Part shown: positions 10,109 to 20,380 of the stretch, piece after piece
How positions within the stretch are numbered: the first letter of the stretch is position 1
How the letters are laid out: each line of letters opens with the position of its first letter
Assembly (NCBI GenBank): GCA_050951325.1
Contig: JBMNIW010000001.1
Span: forward strand, 96,001-160,000
Reading direction: 5' to 3'
DNA: 64,000 nt
Origin: Clostridia bacterium
Lineage (GTDB): Bacteria; Bacillota; Clostridia; UBA1212; DUPL01
Notes under the pieces: generated by a model
Told to the model about the DNA's origin: nothing
Database searches by the model: none
The model's input: only the letters and a program-made list of their open reading frames with translations
Position numbers and translations under genes: made by a program

Positions 10109-10534
10109 CTACTTGCCGATTTCCAGTGCTCTCATCGCTATATTCTTGTATGCGTTCAATGCGGTCACATTCGCCTCATATGCCCTGCTGGCAGATATCA
10201 TATCAATCATTTCAGTGACAATATCCACATTGGGCATTTCAACATAGCCTTCCTCATTTGCATCCGGATGATTCGGATCATATACCAGCTTGAAGGGACT
10301 TGGATCTTCATGCACAGCACTTACTCTTACCCCGTTTCCTCTAAAAGAAGTGTCCAGATATTCGGAAAAAGGCTTTTGAATCTGCTCAAAAGATACTGTT
10401 TTACGTCTATACGGACCGCCCTCGGCCGTCCTGGTAGTATTCATGTTGGCTATGTTTTCAGCAATTACATCCAATCTGAAACGTTCCGCTGTAAGTGCTG
10501 AGGCACTAATATCCATTGATCTGAAAAAACCCAT
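10109..10534 (-). CDS. flgC: Flagellar basal-body rod protein FlgC
   Basis: ISASALTAER, ENIANMNTT, YDPNHPDAN, SASRAYEAN; start after GGAGG. Confidence 0.96.
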   Translation of the reverse strand: MGFFRSMDISASALTAERFRLDVIAENIANMNTTRTAEGGPYRRKTVSFEQIQKPFSEYLDTSFRGNGVRVSAVHEDPSPFKLVYDPNHPDANEEGYVEMPNVDIVTEMIDMISASRAYEANVTALNAYKNIAMRALEIGK

Positions 10535-10535
10535 G

Positions 10536-10922
10536 CTATCTACCTCCATTAATCGCCAAGTCTAACAGTTTTATTTCCTTGGTCACCATATGGGTTAAAT
10601 AGTTGTACCAAATGGCGTTTTTTGCAAGCTCATTCATCTCCCGTTCAATGTCCACATTATTTCCATCCATGCGCACATTGGTGTTGCTGTCCTCGTAAAC
10701 TTCAACTGAATAATTTGACGAGGAAGCGGGATTTATATGCTTGTCTCTTGTAGTTTTCATGCTTATTGAATCTTCAAGAATTTTAGAAAACCTGACGTCT
10801 GATCTCTTGAAATTGGGCGTATCAACATTGGCTATGTTGTTAGCCAATATTTCGTTTCTCAGCCATGAGGCATCGAGCCCAACCTTAAATTTGTCGATGT
10901 GACTGAATATATTGTTTGCCAT
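10536..10922 (-). CDS. flgB: Flagellar basal-body rod protein FlgB
   Basis: ANNIANVDTPNFKRSDV, RMDGNNVDIERE. Confidence 0.96.
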   Translation of the reverse strand: MANNIFSHIDKFKVGLDASWLRNEILANNIANVDTPNFKRSDVRFSKILEDSISMKTTRDKHINPASSSNYSVEVYEDSNTNVRMDGNNVDIEREMNELAKNAIWYNYLTHMVTKEIKLLDLAINGGR

Positions 10923-11007
10923 TTCCCCTACCCCTTACATTACTACATATTTTTCACATATTGTTAACCAATTTAAGCTATATTATAGTAACACTATTAC
11001 AGATATT

Positions 11008-11036
11008 ACTATACAGGCATATACCATGTCAATCAA
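11008..11036 (-). promoter_or_regulatory. Putative sigmaA promoter proximal to flgB
   Basis: TTGATT-17 nt-TATAGT on minus strand. Confidence 0.45.
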
Positions 11037-11278
11037 TTTATCTTGGTTTGTTCCAAACTGCAATATACTGACAGTCAGCTGGTAATCCTTATATTATTTT
11101 CATTCTTTTCCATTTTCTGGAACCCATTTTTAATAGTTTTCACCTTTCAAATAAAAATACAATTAATAATTTATTCACATCATGATTAAGAGAATGTATT
11201 ACCGCAAGTGTGTGTATAAAAATATTTCACATATTTTGGCCGCAACTAAAGTTGCAGCCTGTTTTTTAATTTCTAAAG

Positions 11279-11307
11279 AATATATCACATAAATCTACCA
11301 ATGTCAA
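11279..11307 (-). promoter_or_regulatory. Putative strong sigmaA promoter (distal) for flgB operon
   Basis: TTGACA-17 nt-TATATT with extended TG on minus strand. Confidence 0.6.
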
Positions 11308-11330
11308 AATGTTTTTATTTGTTCACAATT

Positions 11331-11377
11331 AAAAAAAGTACAGAGCCATTATTAATAATTGGCTCTGTTCCTTTTTT
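11331..11377. terminator. Intrinsic terminator downstream of cheR
   Basis: ACAGAGCCA...TGGCTCTGT stem flanked by A and T tracts. Confidence 0.7.
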
Positions 11378-11399
11378 ATGAAAATATATTATTTTTATC

Positions 11400-12206
11400 C
11401 TAAATCTTCCGATATATTGCAGGTTTTACATATTTAAAATCCTCCGATATCCCGTTTAGCGATTCCGAGTGCCCTATAAACAAATATCCGCCCTTTTCAA
11501 GATGATCATAAAATCTGCTTACAAGACTTATTCTAGCTTCCCTGTTGAAATAAATCATGACATTCCTGCAGAAGATTACGTGAAACTTTCTTTTAAAAGG
11601 GAACTCATCCTGAAGATTGAATAATCTGAAAATGACTTCGTTTTTTATATTCTCCTTTATCTCATAAGTTTCTTCATCCAACTTTTTGAAATACTTTCTC
11701 TTCCACTCCTCAGGCATCTTCTCAAGCCTGCTTTCATCATACACTCCCTTTATTGCTGCACTCAACATGGTGCTGGATATGTCGGTGGCAAGGACTTTGG
11801 CATCCCAGAAGAACTTTTCGGCCCCGAAATATTCGTCAATCGTCATTGCAATCGAATACGCTTCTTCTCCCGATGAACAGCCCGCACTCCAAATCCTAAT
11901 GTCCTTGTCCTCAAGCTTGTTCTCAAGATAAGGCAACACGCTCTCCTTCAAGAAATCAAAATGCTCCTTTTCTCTCATAAAAAAGGTGTAGTTTGTGGTA
12001 AGCTTTGTTGTAAGCAAATTCACAGCCTTGCCCGAATTGTCGCTTATGGCATAGTCAACAAAAGTGCTGAAGGAATCAAAACCCATCTTTTTGACGGGTA
12101 TTGACAGTCTACTTTCTATAAGGGTACGTTTCTTGCTCAAGTCAATGCCGTAGTTGTCCAGCATGTACTGTACAAGTTTCAAAAAATCCTGATCAGATAT
12201 TTTCAT
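11400..12206 (-). CDS. cheR: Chemotaxis methyltransferase CheR
   Basis: TTNYTFFMRE, RIWSAGCSSGEEAYS, IFCRNVMIYF, GHSES; likely start MKISDQDF at 12206. Confidence 0.95.
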   Translation of the reverse strand: MKISDQDFLKLVQYMLDNYGIDLSKKRTLIESRLSIPVKKMGFDSFSTFVDYAISDNSGKAVNLLTTKLTTNYTFFMREKEHFDFLKESVLPYLENKLEDKDIRIWSAGCSSGEEAYSIAMTIDEYFGAEKFFWDAKVLATDISSTMLSAAIKGVYDESRLEKMPEEWKRKYFKKLDEETYEIKENIKNEVIFRLFNLQDEFPFKRKFHVIFCRNVMIYFNREARISLVSRFYDHLEKGGYLFIGHSESLNGISEDFKYVKPAIYRKI

Positions 12207-12615
12207 TTGCCTGCTCCATGAAATCCAGCATATACAATTCCTCTTTTCCTTCAAGGTAGTATCCCTTGAAGAAATCATTATCCCTGACCTCCACCCTCTT
12301 TACCTTGGAAAGGTCCAGCTCCCTTTTAATGCCTTCCAGTTCATCCACCACAAGGCCCAGATCGCCGTGACTGGTTTCAACGATAACTATGCTTCTTTTC
12401 CGATTATCATTGGAGATAAGGGACAACCTCCTGGCAATATCACAGACTGGAACAATCTGTCCCCTTACATTAGTAACTCCCAACATGTACTCTGGAAGAC
12501 CTGGAACGCGTGTAAAATCACGCATTCCAATAATCTCCTTTACATGCCTTAACCTTATTAATGCTCTTTTGCTTCCTATAACCAATATCAGATATCCATC
12601 AATATCGATATTCAT
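12193..12615 (-). CDS. cheW: CheW-like coupling protein (second copy)
   Basis: TRVPGLPEYMLGVTNVRGQIVPV, GLVVD. Confidence 0.85.
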   Translation of the reverse strand: MNIDIDGYLILVIGSKRALIRLRHVKEIIGMRDFTRVPGLPEYMLGVTNVRGQIVPVCDIARRLSLISNDNRKRSIVIVETSHGDLGLVVDELEGIKRELDLSKVKRVEVRDNDFFKGYYLEGKEELYMLDFMEQANENI

Positions 12616-12628
12616 AATTCTCTCCATC

Positions 12629-14734
12629 TTAATATTTTCCAAAGTCATCTGCATTCTCTATAAGATCGCAGCGGTCAGCCTTGTATACTTCCTTCAATTT
12701 AAACTGGTTTTTAACAAGCTCTGTAAGGGCGCCTGCCTGGCTTGCCATCTCTTCGCTGGCTGCAGCACTTTCTTCTGCTGTAGCGGCATTCGTCTGTACA
12801 ACCTTTGAAACCGCATCTGCTCCCTTTGTTGCAGCTTCTGTTGCAATGGTCTGCTGTTTTGAGGCTTCGTCTATCATTGCGATAAGGCCCTCTATCTTGT
12901 TTACACCGCGCGCAATAACGGAAAAGGTGTCTGATGTCTTTGTGGCAATTTCCCTTCCCTGCTTTGCCTTGCTTATGGAAGCCTCTATCATCTCGCTGGT
13001 TTCTTTTGCAGCCTTTGCACTCTTCTCTGCAAGGTTTCTTACCTCGTCCGCCACTACTGCAAATCCTCTTCCATTTTCTCCAGCCCTTGCAGCTTCAACC
13101 GCAGCGTTCAAAGATAATATGTTGGTCTGGAATGCAATATCGTCTATCACTCTTATTACCTTCGAGATATTTGTAGACGACTCTTCTATCTCCTCGACGC
13201 TCGAAAGCATTTCGCTCATGTACACAGTACCTTGATCTGCATGCTCCGCAACAACTTTTATAAGCTTGTTTGCATTGTTTACGCTTTCTTCGTTCTTCTT
13301 CGCCTTTTCTGCGATATCCTGTACCGAGCTGGTAAGTTCCTCCACCGCAGCGGCCTGCTCTGTAGTACCCTGGGACAATTCCTGACTTCCGTCCGCAATC
13401 TGCTTTGCTGCTACCGCCACCTGCTCGGAGGTGGAGATAATTTCGCTGAACACATGGTTGTTTGAGTCTACCATTCTCTTCAGTGAGTAGCTCAAAAGAT
13501 CCTTGTCAGATGCAGGAACTATGTCCAAACTCAAATCTCCTGAGGATATCTGCTCTATAAGTGCGGACTGCCTCTTTATATTCTCAGACATCTTCTTGAA
13601 GGAATCTATCAGCAAACCTATTTCGTCATTTGCTTTCACATCAGCAATCTCAAAGGACACATCTCCAATCGCCAGCGCATTGGCTGCTTCCACCACACTG
13701 ACTATTGGAGTAATCATCCTTGAATTTATAATCCTTAATAAAAACAGGATGAATACAAAAACAACCAGAGATACTGCAATAATGATTACGTACATTATGG
13801 TAAGATCTGCAACAGGAACCGCAGCGCCCAGTACTCCTGCCAGCTGAGTGTCGTTGTACAGTGGAAGGTAAACACCGATGGACCTCTTGCCGAACAGATT
13901 AACTTCGTTTATATAGTTTTTCTCTCCATTAAGCAGTGCCTGGTAGATCTCGTCATCCAGCATAGTATCTGTTCTTCTCTTGTTTTCGTCATCCTTGAGA
14001 GTTGTCACTATTCTTCTATTTTCAAGGAAAAAGGATACGTCCATATCCTTGTCGCCTTTTATGTCATCCACATACTTGACATTGTCAAGACGGTATCCCA
14101 AGGAAACAGTTCCTACAATAATGTCTTCAGTAGCGTCTTCTGTAGAGGAGGAGAAGAAAACAGGTTTTGCTGTATTGAAGTACATGTCCGCCATCGAGTT
14201 GTGTCCATAGGCCGATGTGGTATAACCCTGCAGCGCCTGGTTTATCTCCAGTGTTGCCATGACTGACGTGTCAGGTTTTACGGACTGGAACAATACATCA
14301 CCGCTCTTTGTTCTGGCCAGCAGCGAAATTATTACTCCCTCATCGTCAGTGATGGTAATGAAGTCGGGTATGTATTGGGATTGTCTTGACCAGATTCTAT
14401 CCGCTGTTTCCAAGGTCACGACTTCGAGGTTGATTGAATCCTTCTCCTTCACAGCTTCCTGAAAGCTGTCATTGCTTGCGAAATAGTCGCATCCGTGAGT
14501 TGCCTCGGTTTTCAAAGTCTCAAGGTAGTTTTCAATCAGCTGCAGTTCCAGGTATGCATTGTCCTCCTTTATGTTGTTTACAAGCTTTGGAACCATTATA
14601 CTGACCGTTATTGCAATGGTCACAAACGTAATAATTACAGGTATTACAACCATCAAAATGATTTTCCCTTTCAGCTTTACATTCAGATTGATTTTCTTAG
14701 CTGATTTGATGTTATTGCTTAACTTCTTCAACAT
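12629..14734 (-). CDS. Methyl-accepting chemotaxis protein (Cache-like sensor, HAMP, C-terminal pentapeptide)
   Basis: Two TMs, [37 protein letters not shown], ends DFGKY. Confidence 0.95.
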   Translation of the reverse strand: MLKKLSNNIKSAKKINLNVKLKGKIILMVVIPVIITFVTIAITVSIMVPKLVNNIKEDNAYLELQLIENYLETLKTEATHGCDYFASNDSFQEAVKEKDSINLEVVTLETADRIWSRQSQYIPDFITITDDEGVIISLLARTKSGDVLFQSVKPDTSVMATLEINQALQGYTTSAYGHNSMADMYFNTAKPVFFSSSTEDATEDIIVGTVSLGYRLDNVKYVDDIKGDKDMDVSFFLENRRIVTTLKDDENKRRTDTMLDDEIYQALLNGEKNYINEVNLFGKRSIGVYLPLYNDTQLAGVLGAAVPVADLTIMYVIIIAVSLVVFVFILFLLRIINSRMITPIVSVVEAANALAIGDVSFEIADVKANDEIGLLIDSFKKMSENIKRQSALIEQISSGDLSLDIVPASDKDLLSYSLKRMVDSNNHVFSEIISTSEQVAVAAKQIADGSQELSQGTTEQAAAVEELTSSVQDIAEKAKKNEESVNNANKLIKVVAEHADQGTVYMSEMLSSVEEIEESSTNISKVIRVIDDIAFQTNILSLNAAVEAARAGENGRGFAVVADEVRNLAEKSAKAAKETSEMIEASISKAKQGREIATKTSDTFSVIARGVNKIEGLIAMIDEASKQQTIATEAATKGADAVSKVVQTNAATAEESAAASEEMASQAGALTELVKNQFKLKEVYKADRCDLIENADDFGKY

Positions 14735-15278
14735 CTGATTTACCTCCATTTACTGATTCAGGCTCTAGTTCATTTATTTCCATAATGTATTCTTTTTCCG
14801 TTACAAACAAGGCATCGCAATCTATGATGTATGCGAGATTGTCATTTTCGATGTGGAAGAATCCTTTTACGAACCTGTTAAAAAATCCTGTTTTCTCCTC
14901 AGGTACGTCCAGTATCTTGTTGTCATCAACCGTCTTTATGTCGACAATGTCGTCAACTATGATTCCCATGTTAAGATTCTCGTCTGAAGTAATGAGTATT
15001 ACGGGAGTCCTTTCACCGTATTCAACCTTACTCATATTAAATCTCTTTCTCGTATCCATAACAGGATAAATTCTGCTTAAGTAGTTTGTCAGCCCGGATA
15101 TGTAAGGGGGCATATCGGGGATTGTGACCAACTCGGGCCTTTGTATGATCACATTGACATTAATAATTGGTAGGGCTAATATCTTGTCACTTACTGTAAA
15201 AAGAAGATAGCTGGTATTGATTATCTCCTCTTCCTTTTTTGCCAGTTCTCCTGCATCGTCTTTGAAATATCTGCTCAT
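14712..15278 (-). CDS. cheW: CheW coupling protein
   Basis: [25 protein letters not shown]; follows cheA. Confidence 0.88.
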   Translation of the reverse strand: MSRYFKDDAGELAKKEEEIINTSYLLFTVSDKILALPIINVNVIIQRPELVTIPDMPPYISGLTNYLSRIYPVMDTRKRFNMSKVEYGERTPVILITSDENLNMGIIVDDIVDIKTVDDNKILDVPEEKTGFFNRFVKGFFHIENDNLAYIIDCDALFVTEKEYIMEINELEPESVNGGKSDVEEVKQ

Positions 15279-15291
15279 TTAATCACCCCTG

Positions 15292-17154
15292 TTATGTAAA
15301 TGCATTGACATCCAGTATCAACCTAATATTCCCGTCGCCCATTATCGTGCATGCGGAGAAGCCTTTCAAAAGGGGAAATTCTGTCAACAAATATTCAGGT
15401 ATCGGTTTTACAACTATCTTGCTCTTGTTCAAAACCCGGTCTACACAAATGCAAATCTGTCCCCTGTCATTATTGACAAGACACAACTGAGATTTATAGA
15501 TATCGGTCTCGTATCCTTTCGTTTCAAAAACCTCTCCCAGAAAAACAAGAGGATAAAGCTCATCCCTAAGCCTAATCATCCGCCTTCCGCCAGAGACCAT
15601 AAGTGATGCATCCTTCATTGTAAATATTTCCAGAACATTCAGAGCAGGAATTATGTACATTTCACTGCCTACACTGACACTCACTCCGTCAATTATGGCC
15701 AAAGTCAGCGGAAACCTCATAATGATGGCTGTACCCTGGTCTTTGCGGCTTTCAATGGCAAGCTTGCCACCCGCCTTCTTGATTTCCTGATAGACAACGT
15801 CCATTCCAACGCCTCTTCCCGACAATTCCGTTACATTCTCCGTTGTGGAAAAACCAGGATGGGTGATCAGATTAAAGACTTCATTGTCAGGAATGTCTGG
15901 AGTAGATATAAGTCCCAAAGAAAGGGCTTTTTCTACTATTCTGTTCCTGTCAAGACCTCTTCCGTCGTCAAAAACCGCAATTACAACTTCTCCACCTTCA
16001 TTATACGCTTCAAGCAGTATGGCTCCAGAAGCATCCTTTCCCTTCGTTTTCCTTTCATTAGCATCCTCTATACCATGGTCGACTGCATTTCTTATTATAT
16101 GTATCAAAGGTTCGGACAAATTGTCGATAATCTTCTTATCAACCTCCGTCTGCTCCCCCTTTATCACCAGATCAATATCTTTGCCAATCTTTCTTGCAAG
16201 GTCTCTGACCACTCTCTGCATCTTGTGGAATATGCCGGATACGGGCACCATCCTAATACTCATGACAATATTCTGAAGCTCGTCCGTCATTCTCTGCAGA
16301 TTGTTGTATGCTTTCTCATACTCATCACCAAGATCGGTCCTTCCAAGCATGGATTCGGCTATAACCAATTCCCCCACTATGTCCAGCAAGGTATCCAGCT
16401 TACCAACTTCCACACTGACAAAGTTTCTCGCACTATCACTAATTATTGTCGTGTCAATATTAACTTTTCTCTTTCTTGATGTTTTTTCAACTTCGGTTAC
16501 CTGGAGCGACTTCAGGAACATTGTATCCTGCAAAATGCTCTTAATCTTGTTTTCATCCGCATCAGATTTGATTATAAAGATAAAGCCGTTTGCCTGGATT
16601 TCTTCCGTACTTTTTTCATCATCCAGATCCATAGGCTCCGTACTTACAATGTCTGCCATATTTTCAATGGTATTCAATACGCCAAATGCGCGTATGTTTT
16701 CCATCTGAGCGCCCTCATCAAAATATATGTGAACCTTGAAGGTCTTCTGTTTTTTACCTTCCTTCACACTCTCGGTATATTCCTTTATCTCCTCAACAAG
16801 GTAGCGGGCATCTCCCTGCTCATAATCTTCATTTCGCATTGCATTCAGTTCGTGTTTTATAAAATCAACAACACGGAGGATGAGGTCGGTCACTTCTCCT
16901 CCGTCAATTTCCACATTCGGATTATCCCTGATAAATGCAAAGAAGTCTTCGGCTGCATGCGTAAGATTGGATATTGAATCAAGACCCATCATGCCTGATG
17001 AGCCTTTTATCGTATGCATGCTGCGGAACACTTCATTTATGTCGTCCTCTGAAAATCCAGTATTTTCTGTTTTTAAAAGAATTTCTTCCAGTCCGTCAAT
17101 AAGTTCGTTTGTTTCGTAAAGAAACAAATCCAACATGGAATCCGTATTGCTCAA
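15292..17154 (-). CDS. cheA: Chemotaxis histidine kinase CheA
   Basis: FRSMHTIKGSSG (HPt His), HIIRNAVDHGIE, SGRGVGMDVV, PLTLAII. Confidence 0.96.
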   Translation of the reverse strand: MSNTDSMLDLFLYETNELIDGLEEILLKTENTGFSEDDINEVFRSMHTIKGSSGMMGLDSISNLTHAAEDFFAFIRDNPNVEIDGGEVTDLILRVVDFIKHELNAMRNEDYEQGDARYLVEEIKEYTESVKEGKKQKTFKVHIYFDEGAQMENIRAFGVLNTIENMADIVSTEPMDLDDEKSTEEIQANGFIFIIKSDADENKIKSILQDTMFLKSLQVTEVEKTSRKRKVNIDTTIISDSARNFVSVEVGKLDTLLDIVGELVIAESMLGRTDLGDEYEKAYNNLQRMTDELQNIVMSIRMVPVSGIFHKMQRVVRDLARKIGKDIDLVIKGEQTEVDKKIIDNLSEPLIHIIRNAVDHGIEDANERKTKGKDASGAILLEAYNEGGEVVIAVFDDGRGLDRNRIVEKALSLGLISTPDIPDNEVFNLITHPGFSTTENVTELSGRGVGMDVVYQEIKKAGGKLAIESRKDQGTAIIMRFPLTLAIIDGVSVSVGSEMYIIPALNVLEIFTMKDASLMVSGGRRMIRLRDELYPLVFLGEVFETKGYETDIYKSQLCLVNNDRGQICICVDRVLNKSKIVVKPIPEYLLTEFPLLKGFSACTIMGDGNIRLILDVNAFT

Positions 17155-17170
17155 TATGTTTCACCACACT

Positions 17171-17524
17171 TTAGAATTTCTCCAGGGCCTTAATAAGGGT
17201 CTCTTCCTTGAATGGCTTTACAATGAATCCTTTGGCTCCTGAAAGAACCGCATCTTTTACCATAGCCTCCTGTCCCATTGCTGATACCATTATGATATTT
17301 GCATTTTTATCTCTTTCCATTATTGCCTTTAACGCCTCAAGACCGTTCATGTCTTTCATGGTAATATCCATTGTTACAATATCGGGTTGCAATTCCATAT
17401 ACTTTTCTACGGCTACCAAGCCGTTTTCTGCTTCTCCTACAACTTCATAACCATTTTTCTCAAGCATTTTTCTAATAGATAGTCTCATAAATGCAGCATC
17501 ATCCACTATCAAAACAGTTTTCAT
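17171..17524 (-). CDS. cheY: Chemotaxis response regulator CheY
   Basis: VDDAAFMR, MDITM, SAMGQ, FIVKPF. Confidence 0.93.
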   Translation of the reverse strand: MKTVLIVDDAAFMRLSIRKMLEKNGYEVVGEAENGLVAVEKYMELQPDIVTMDITMKDMNGLEALKAIMERDKNANIIMVSAMGQEAMVKDAVLSGAKGFIVKPFKEETLIKALEKF

Positions 17525-17565
17525 TCCATACCTCCGATAAACCTTGAATTTCGGTTACATATATG

Positions 17566-17592
17566 TAATCGATAAGTTAAGAAAAATATTTA
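17566..17592 (-). promoter_or_regulatory. Possible sigma28 promoter upstream of cheY
   Basis: TAAA-15 nt-ATCGATTA, weak match to TAAA-N15-GCCGATAA. Confidence 0.3.
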
Positions 17593-17593
17593 A

Positions 17594-18082
17594 TCAAATT
17601 TTCCTGGATTCCCTATTCACATAACGGACTTCCACTTCTCCGGTATCCGTATGTAATAACATTGTTCTACCAACACTGCCACCCACATCTTCCGCCAAAA
17701 TCCTAATCCCCAAATCATTCAAAGACTTTTTCGCAGCAATTACATTCTTCTCCCCGATTCTAAATACATCGTGCGACAACGAAAACATTGAAGCTCCTCC
17801 AACCAGTTTTGCCACAATATTCTCCTTCCTTGCAGCAAGTTTTTGCATGTCGCTCAATAGATTTGCCACAGCTGTGTCCGCATATTTTCCTCTAAGCTCG
17901 TTTGAGCTGCCGTTGCTTTCAGGCATCATCACATGAGCAAGACCACCCACTTTTGCAATTGGGTCGTACAAAGCGACACCAACACAAGAGCCAAGTCCCA
18001 GAGCCTGCAGTTTGGTAGGAGAAGTTGTTGCAAACAACTCACCAATTCCGACAATGATTATACCGCCACTTACAATAGTCAT
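17594..18082 (-). CDS. cheD: Chemoreceptor glutamine deamidase CheD
   Basis: LGLGSCVGV, GLAHVMMP, GGASMF, EDVGG. Confidence 0.94.
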   Translation of the reverse strand: MTIVSGGIIIVGIGELFATTSPTKLQALGLGSCVGVALYDPIAKVGGLAHVMMPESNGSSNELRGKYADTAVANLLSDMQKLAARKENIVAKLVGGASMFSLSHDVFRIGEKNVIAAKKSLNDLGIRILAEDVGGSVGRTMLLHTDTGEVEVRYVNRESRKI

Positions 18083-18696
18083 TTTTCTCCGTTCCTTAAT
18101 GACTTGAGCAGTGTTTTGTATGAGCTGACATCGGGAATCAGCATGAAGCGTCCTATGACAAGATCGTCTCCGCTTTTAAACTGGGTTTCAATTAAAAGAA
18201 CGGAATCGCCAACCCGTCCATAGAAGCTTATGGGAACATTCAGTATTGCTCCTGCCATGTCAATTGCAAAGGATGGGACTGTTGCGTTAATGGCAAGACC
18301 GGTCAGGTCGCACACGGCGGTAAGATATGTACCCGTAAGTATGTTGGTTATCTCTGTCAAAGTGGACATCTCAAGTTCTGACAAGGAGAAAACATCCTTG
18401 CCATACTCCATGCCCACCAGTCTTAATAATGTCAAGGCACATTCCGTTTCCAAGGCAAAAAGGATGAAACCATCCAAATCACCGCTGACTTCAACCAAAA
18501 TGGCCACAATAATATTCTCAGGGCCATTAAGCTCGTTAATCAGCTCCTTGAATTTTAAAATACCCACCTTGGGAACACTCATATCCACCCGCCCCTGGAG
18601 TATTTCGGATAAGGCGGTGGCTGCGTTTCCTGCGCCAATGTTTCCTATTTCAGTAAGTATGTCAATGTCATTCGAATCAAATTTGTTAATTACCAC
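18079..18696 (-). CDS. cheC: CheY-P phosphatase CheC
   Basis: EIGNIGAGNAATALS, EITNIL, DMAGAIL; GTG start at 18696 after GGAGG. Confidence 0.93.
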   Translation of the reverse strand: MVINKFDSNDIDILTEIGNIGAGNAATALSEILQGRVDMSVPKVGILKFKELINELNGPENIIVAILVEVSGDLDGFILFALETECALTLLRLVGMEYGKDVFSLSELEMSTLTEITNILTGTYLTAVCDLTGLAINATVPSFAIDMAGAILNVPISFYGRVGDSVLLIETQFKSGDDLVIGRFMLIPDVSSYKTLLKSLRNGEK

Positions 18697-18749
18697 CTGT
18701 TTTCCTCCAAGTATTACTGAAGCTTGCATAAAACAAGCTTATTAATCTA

Positions 18750-18778
18750 TTATCGAACACTGTCACTAAATACTTTAG
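18750..18778 (-). promoter_or_regulatory. Putative sigma28 (SigD/FliA) promoter for cheC-cheD
   Basis: CTAAA-16 nt-TTCGATAA upstream of cheC. Confidence 0.5.
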
Positions 18779-18903
18779 CGGAAATTTCATGTTGGATAAC
18801 TTTTATTTACTAGCAGACAAGAAACGGTATATACATAACCTGCCATAATCACTGGTGGAAAAGAATACAGATACCCTGAAAACACATTTTTAAGCAAAAT
18901 CAA

Positions 18904-18942
18904 GCGTCATGACTTGAACATGACGCTTTTTGTTATCACCCC
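18904..18942 (+). repeat. Terminator-like hairpin, copy 1 of a pair flanking the 19050-20269 gene
   Basis: GCGTCATG-acttgaa-CATGACGC-TTTTTGTTATCACCCC. Confidence 0.6.
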
Positions 18943-19049
18943 TTAGAATTCAACAAACTATTTGTTGGTATCAATTCCCAAAACCGGTATCATCATATAT
19001 ATAAATATGAAATAATATTAATGATTATTTCGAAGAACGGAGTGATTAT

Positions 19050-20269
19050 ATGAGACAACTGGTTTATTTATCGTTGATCGCAATTGCTTTTGTCTGTATT
19101 TTCAATTCATCCGTTATGGCAGAACAAGGCATGATTGATGAATCCGACATCGAAAGCCTAATAAGACGTGCATTTGAAGTTTATGCAAATCTGTACAAAG
19201 ACCCACGGAATGTGATTGATTTTAATGCAGAACCAATAAAGCCTGAATATTATCCTGGAAAAGGTGACTATGCGACCGCTGAATCACTGGAGCGTCTTTT
19301 GAACTCAGTTTTCACGGAAAACATGTTGGAAATGCTTGAAAGAGACTTTGACGCTTATTACAAAATTGAGGAAGGCAACGTAATTTTTCGAAATAATTAT
19401 GACAGAAAATATTCATATGCACTGCCTGAATCAGTTCTGGATAATACCCAAATAGTTTACAATCGGGAAAATGAGGCATATGTAATTACAACATATATCC
19501 AGCATTCCAGGTTTTTTACTGAAACAAGACCTGGCATATTGGTCTGTACATAACGAACGATGGAAGCGAGTCCAAAATCAACGATGTTAACTACGTACCA
19601 AAATTCTTCAGCGTACTCCCTGGTCTGGGGGATGAAAAAATAACCTTGGAAGAAGTAAAAATACTGGCAGGTAACACGTATGCCCTTTACTATTTTCTCA
19701 CACATGGATGCAATCCTTGGCATGAAGAATTCAGTTTGTCAGGTCTTATGGGGAATATCAACACACCTCCGGAATTGTCCGATTTATTTGATGAATATTA
19801 TTTGGTACCTTGCAGAGGTTTGCAGGATTACCAGGATTGGTTGGAAATTGGTTCCGGTATATTTAACGAAGACAAGGCAGAAACTGTGTTTTCATATGCA
19901 GATTCCAACTACTGGGTAACAAAAGAGGGAAAGGTGTATGTAAAATTAAGTGTTCCTCAACATGTGCATATAAAGTTTGACCCTGCAAACTGCAGGATAC
20001 TGACAACAGAAAACGGCAAAGCAACTGCGGAAATATCACTCAAGTATCATCATGACCCGCTTGGCATAGACGTGGATGATATTAAACTGATTGCCGAGTT
20101 TGAGAAAACGGAAAAAGGGTGGAGAATGAGCGGAGGAGAATATTTTGATTATCTCTTCGCAGGCAAATCTAATACTAATCCTGAAACGCACGATCCTTAC
20201 TGTATGCTACTGGTACTGACTGCATTAATGATTCTGACAGTTGTGCGAAAGAGGAATATCGTACTGTAG
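19050..20269 (+). pseudogene. Frameshifted secreted cell-surface protein (about 406 aa if restored; two IseA-like repeats, tentative) with NPETHD-TM-basic tail
   Basis: ORF 19050-19553 has a signal peptide. The frame of ORF 19646-20269 is open back to 19523 (GLYITNDGSESKINDV...). Span 1220 nt = 3n-1. Confidence 0.65.
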
Positions 20270-20323
20270 TTAGTTTAGGAGCGCTTTCTTTATACTTGCA
20301 AACAGTGCAACTCAGATTACAAC

Positions 20324-20363
20324 AGTGTCATGACTAGTGCATGACACTTTTTGTTATTACCCC
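20324..20363 (+). terminator. Terminator hairpin, copy 2
   Basis: AGTGTCATG-actagtg-CATGACACT-TTTTGTTATTACCCC. Confidence 0.65.
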
Positions 20364-20380
20364 ATACAACGTATAAGAGG

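Noticed and set aside
10923-11330. c-di-GMP riboswitch or invertible flagellar switch upstream of flgB
   Set aside because: No GEMM-like GGCAAA/GNRA-receptor pattern, no long flanking inverted repeats and no recombinase were visible by eye.
30-18745. Many plus-strand ORFs (e.g. 9800-10501, 5436-5981, 12681-13235)
   Set aside because: Antisense shadows of well-supported minus-strand genes, without RBS or motifs.
19512-19517. T6 tract as a phase-variation site for the split gene
   Set aside because: The downstream frame has TGA at 19520-19522, so slippage in the tract cannot restore the ORF.
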